In this document: positions 37,606-38,586 of the stretch, one piece after another
How positions within the stretch are numbered: the stretch's first letter is position 1
Layout of the letters: each line of letters starts with the position of its first letter
Source: Deltaproteobacteria bacterium
GTDB lineage: Bacteria > JACQOV01
Direction of reading: 5' to 3'
NCBI GenBank assembly: GCA_016202395.1
Contig: JACQOV010000083.1
Coordinates: 1-38,586 of the forward strand
DNA: 38,586 bases
Position numbers and translations under genes: made by a program
The notes under the pieces: model-generated
The model's input: only the letters and a program-made list of their open reading frames with translations
Databases searched by the model: none
What the model was told of the DNA's origin: nothing

Positions 37606-37650
37606 CATAACCTCGAAGTCGGTGGTTCAAATCCACCCCCCGCTACCAAA

Positions 37651-38544
37651 TTAAAAGGGCAATTTAAATCCTGTAATCCGATAGAGGGCCTCTTTGTATT
37701 TTTCAGAGGTCTTTTGAACAATCTCCGGAGGGAGTTCTGGAGCCGGTGGCTTCTTATTCCATCCCATGGAAGTCAGGTAATCCCGAATAAATTGTTTATC
37801 GAAACTCGACTGTGAACGCCCTGGTTGATACGGGTCCTTGGGCCAGAATCGAGAAGAATCAGGCGTCAAGACCTCGTCAATCAAAATGAGGCGGTCTTGG
37901 TAGAGGCCAAACTCAAACTTGGTGTCGGCAATGATAATCCCTTTTGATTTGGCATGCTCAGCCCCTTTTTGATAAAGCTCTAAACTCTTAAGCTGAACTT
38001 GCTGAGAGAGTTCTTTCCCGATCCGTCTCTCAACCTCTCCAAAAGAGATATTTTGATCATGATCCCCCTTTTCCGCTTTGGTGGAAGGGGTAAAGATCGG
38101 ATGTGGAAGAGGAGAGGATTCCATCAATCCCTCTGGGAGCGAGATGCCACACACACTTTTCGACTCCAGATATTCTTTATAGCCGCTTCCTGCAAGATAA
38201 CCTCGAACGATGGCTTCGATAGGGAGGGGTTTCGCTTTATGAACAATGAGGCTCCGTTCTCGAAACTCCTCTGCGATGGAATGATCGGAGATGAATTCCG
38301 AAAGATCTTTTTCTATTAAATGATTTTGAATCACGGAACTTAAACGCTTTAACCAAAAACGGGTCATTGCGGTTAGAACGCGCCCTTTGTCGGGAACAGG
38401 TGTGGGAAGAACCACATCAAAAGCGGAAACCCGATCGGTTGTCACTACCAAGAGGAATGGATCGAGATCGTAAATGTCTCGAACCTTTCCTCGAAACAGG
38501 AGTTTTAAGCCAGGAATTTCAGAAGAAAATAGAGGCGCCTTCAC
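37651..38544 (-). CDS. purC: Phosphoribosylaminoimidazole-succinocarboxamide (SAICAR) synthase
   Basis: GKVRDIY, TDRVSAFD, RGYLAGSG, FTPSTKA, ADTKFEFG, DEVLTPDSSRFW, DKQFIRD. Confidence 0.97.
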   Translation of the reverse strand: MKAPLFSSEIPGLKLLFRGKVRDIYDLDPFLLVVTTDRVSAFDVVLPTPVPDKGRVLTAMTRFWLKRLSSVIQNHLIEKDLSEFISDHSIAEEFRERSLIVHKAKPLPIEAIVRGYLAGSGYKEYLESKSVCGISLPEGLMESSPLPHPIFTPSTKAEKGDHDQNISFGEVERRIGKELSQQVQLKSLELYQKGAEHAKSKGIIIADTKFEFGLYQDRLILIDEVLTPDSSRFWPKDPYQPGRSQSSFDKQFIRDYLTSMGWNKKPPAPELPPEIVQKTSEKYKEALYRITGFKLPF

Positions 38545-38586
38545 AGAGCGTATTTTATATCACTTTTTTTCTTTAAAAATCAATCC

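Larger units (their letters stand above)
36943..37648 (+). tRNA. Initiator tRNA-fMet(CAT) split by an intron; exons 36943-36976 and 37606-37648
   Basis: Joined exons read TGCGGGGTAGAGCAGCCCGGTAGCTCGCGAGGCT/CATAACCTCGAAGTCGGTGGTTCAAATCCACCCCCCGCTACCA: cloverleaf, 1-72 mismatch, A11-U24 pair, encoded CCA. Confidence 0.93.

Noticed and set aside
37536-37815. Small ORFs 37576-37815 (+) and 37536-37721 (-)
   Set aside because: They overlap the intron end, tRNA exon 2 and purC; spurious translations.
1-38586. CRISPR array or rRNA genes
   Set aside because: No regularly spaced repeat-spacer units or rRNA-like sequence were seen.

Overview
Chromosomal core region of a former-Deltaproteobacteria-type bacterium; the lineage is inferred from gene order and is not certain. 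Order on the + strand: a truncated palindromic repeat; lpxC behind a sigma54-type promoter; an NtrY/NtrX-like two-component pair coupled to a type II secretion cluster (gspCDEFGHIJK, no gspLMN); two convergent short RHS-core genes; pheA-hisC-tyrA-aroA-cmk-rpsA-sppA-ihfB; mutS; a CPBP protease; a 180-bp MITE-like element; amidase; glnD; xerD; a tRNA nucleotidyltransferase; a site-2 protease; scpAB; rluB; tRNA-fMet; then purC on the - strand. Three things stand out. (1) Two 'shell-less' RHS proteins sit directly behind the T2SS, where gspLMN would be expected. In each, the autoproteolytic RHS core is fused straight to a membrane anchor or a Sec signal peptide. One C-terminus looks toxin-like and the other immunity-like. 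(2) The initiator tRNA is interrupted by a complete group I intron carrying an I-Ssp6803I-like PD-(D/E)XK homing endonuclease, in a non-cyanobacterial host and at a variant target site. (3) Two families of rod-like palindromic elements lie at positions that could affect regulation. All calls come from reading motifs by eye; no searches were run.
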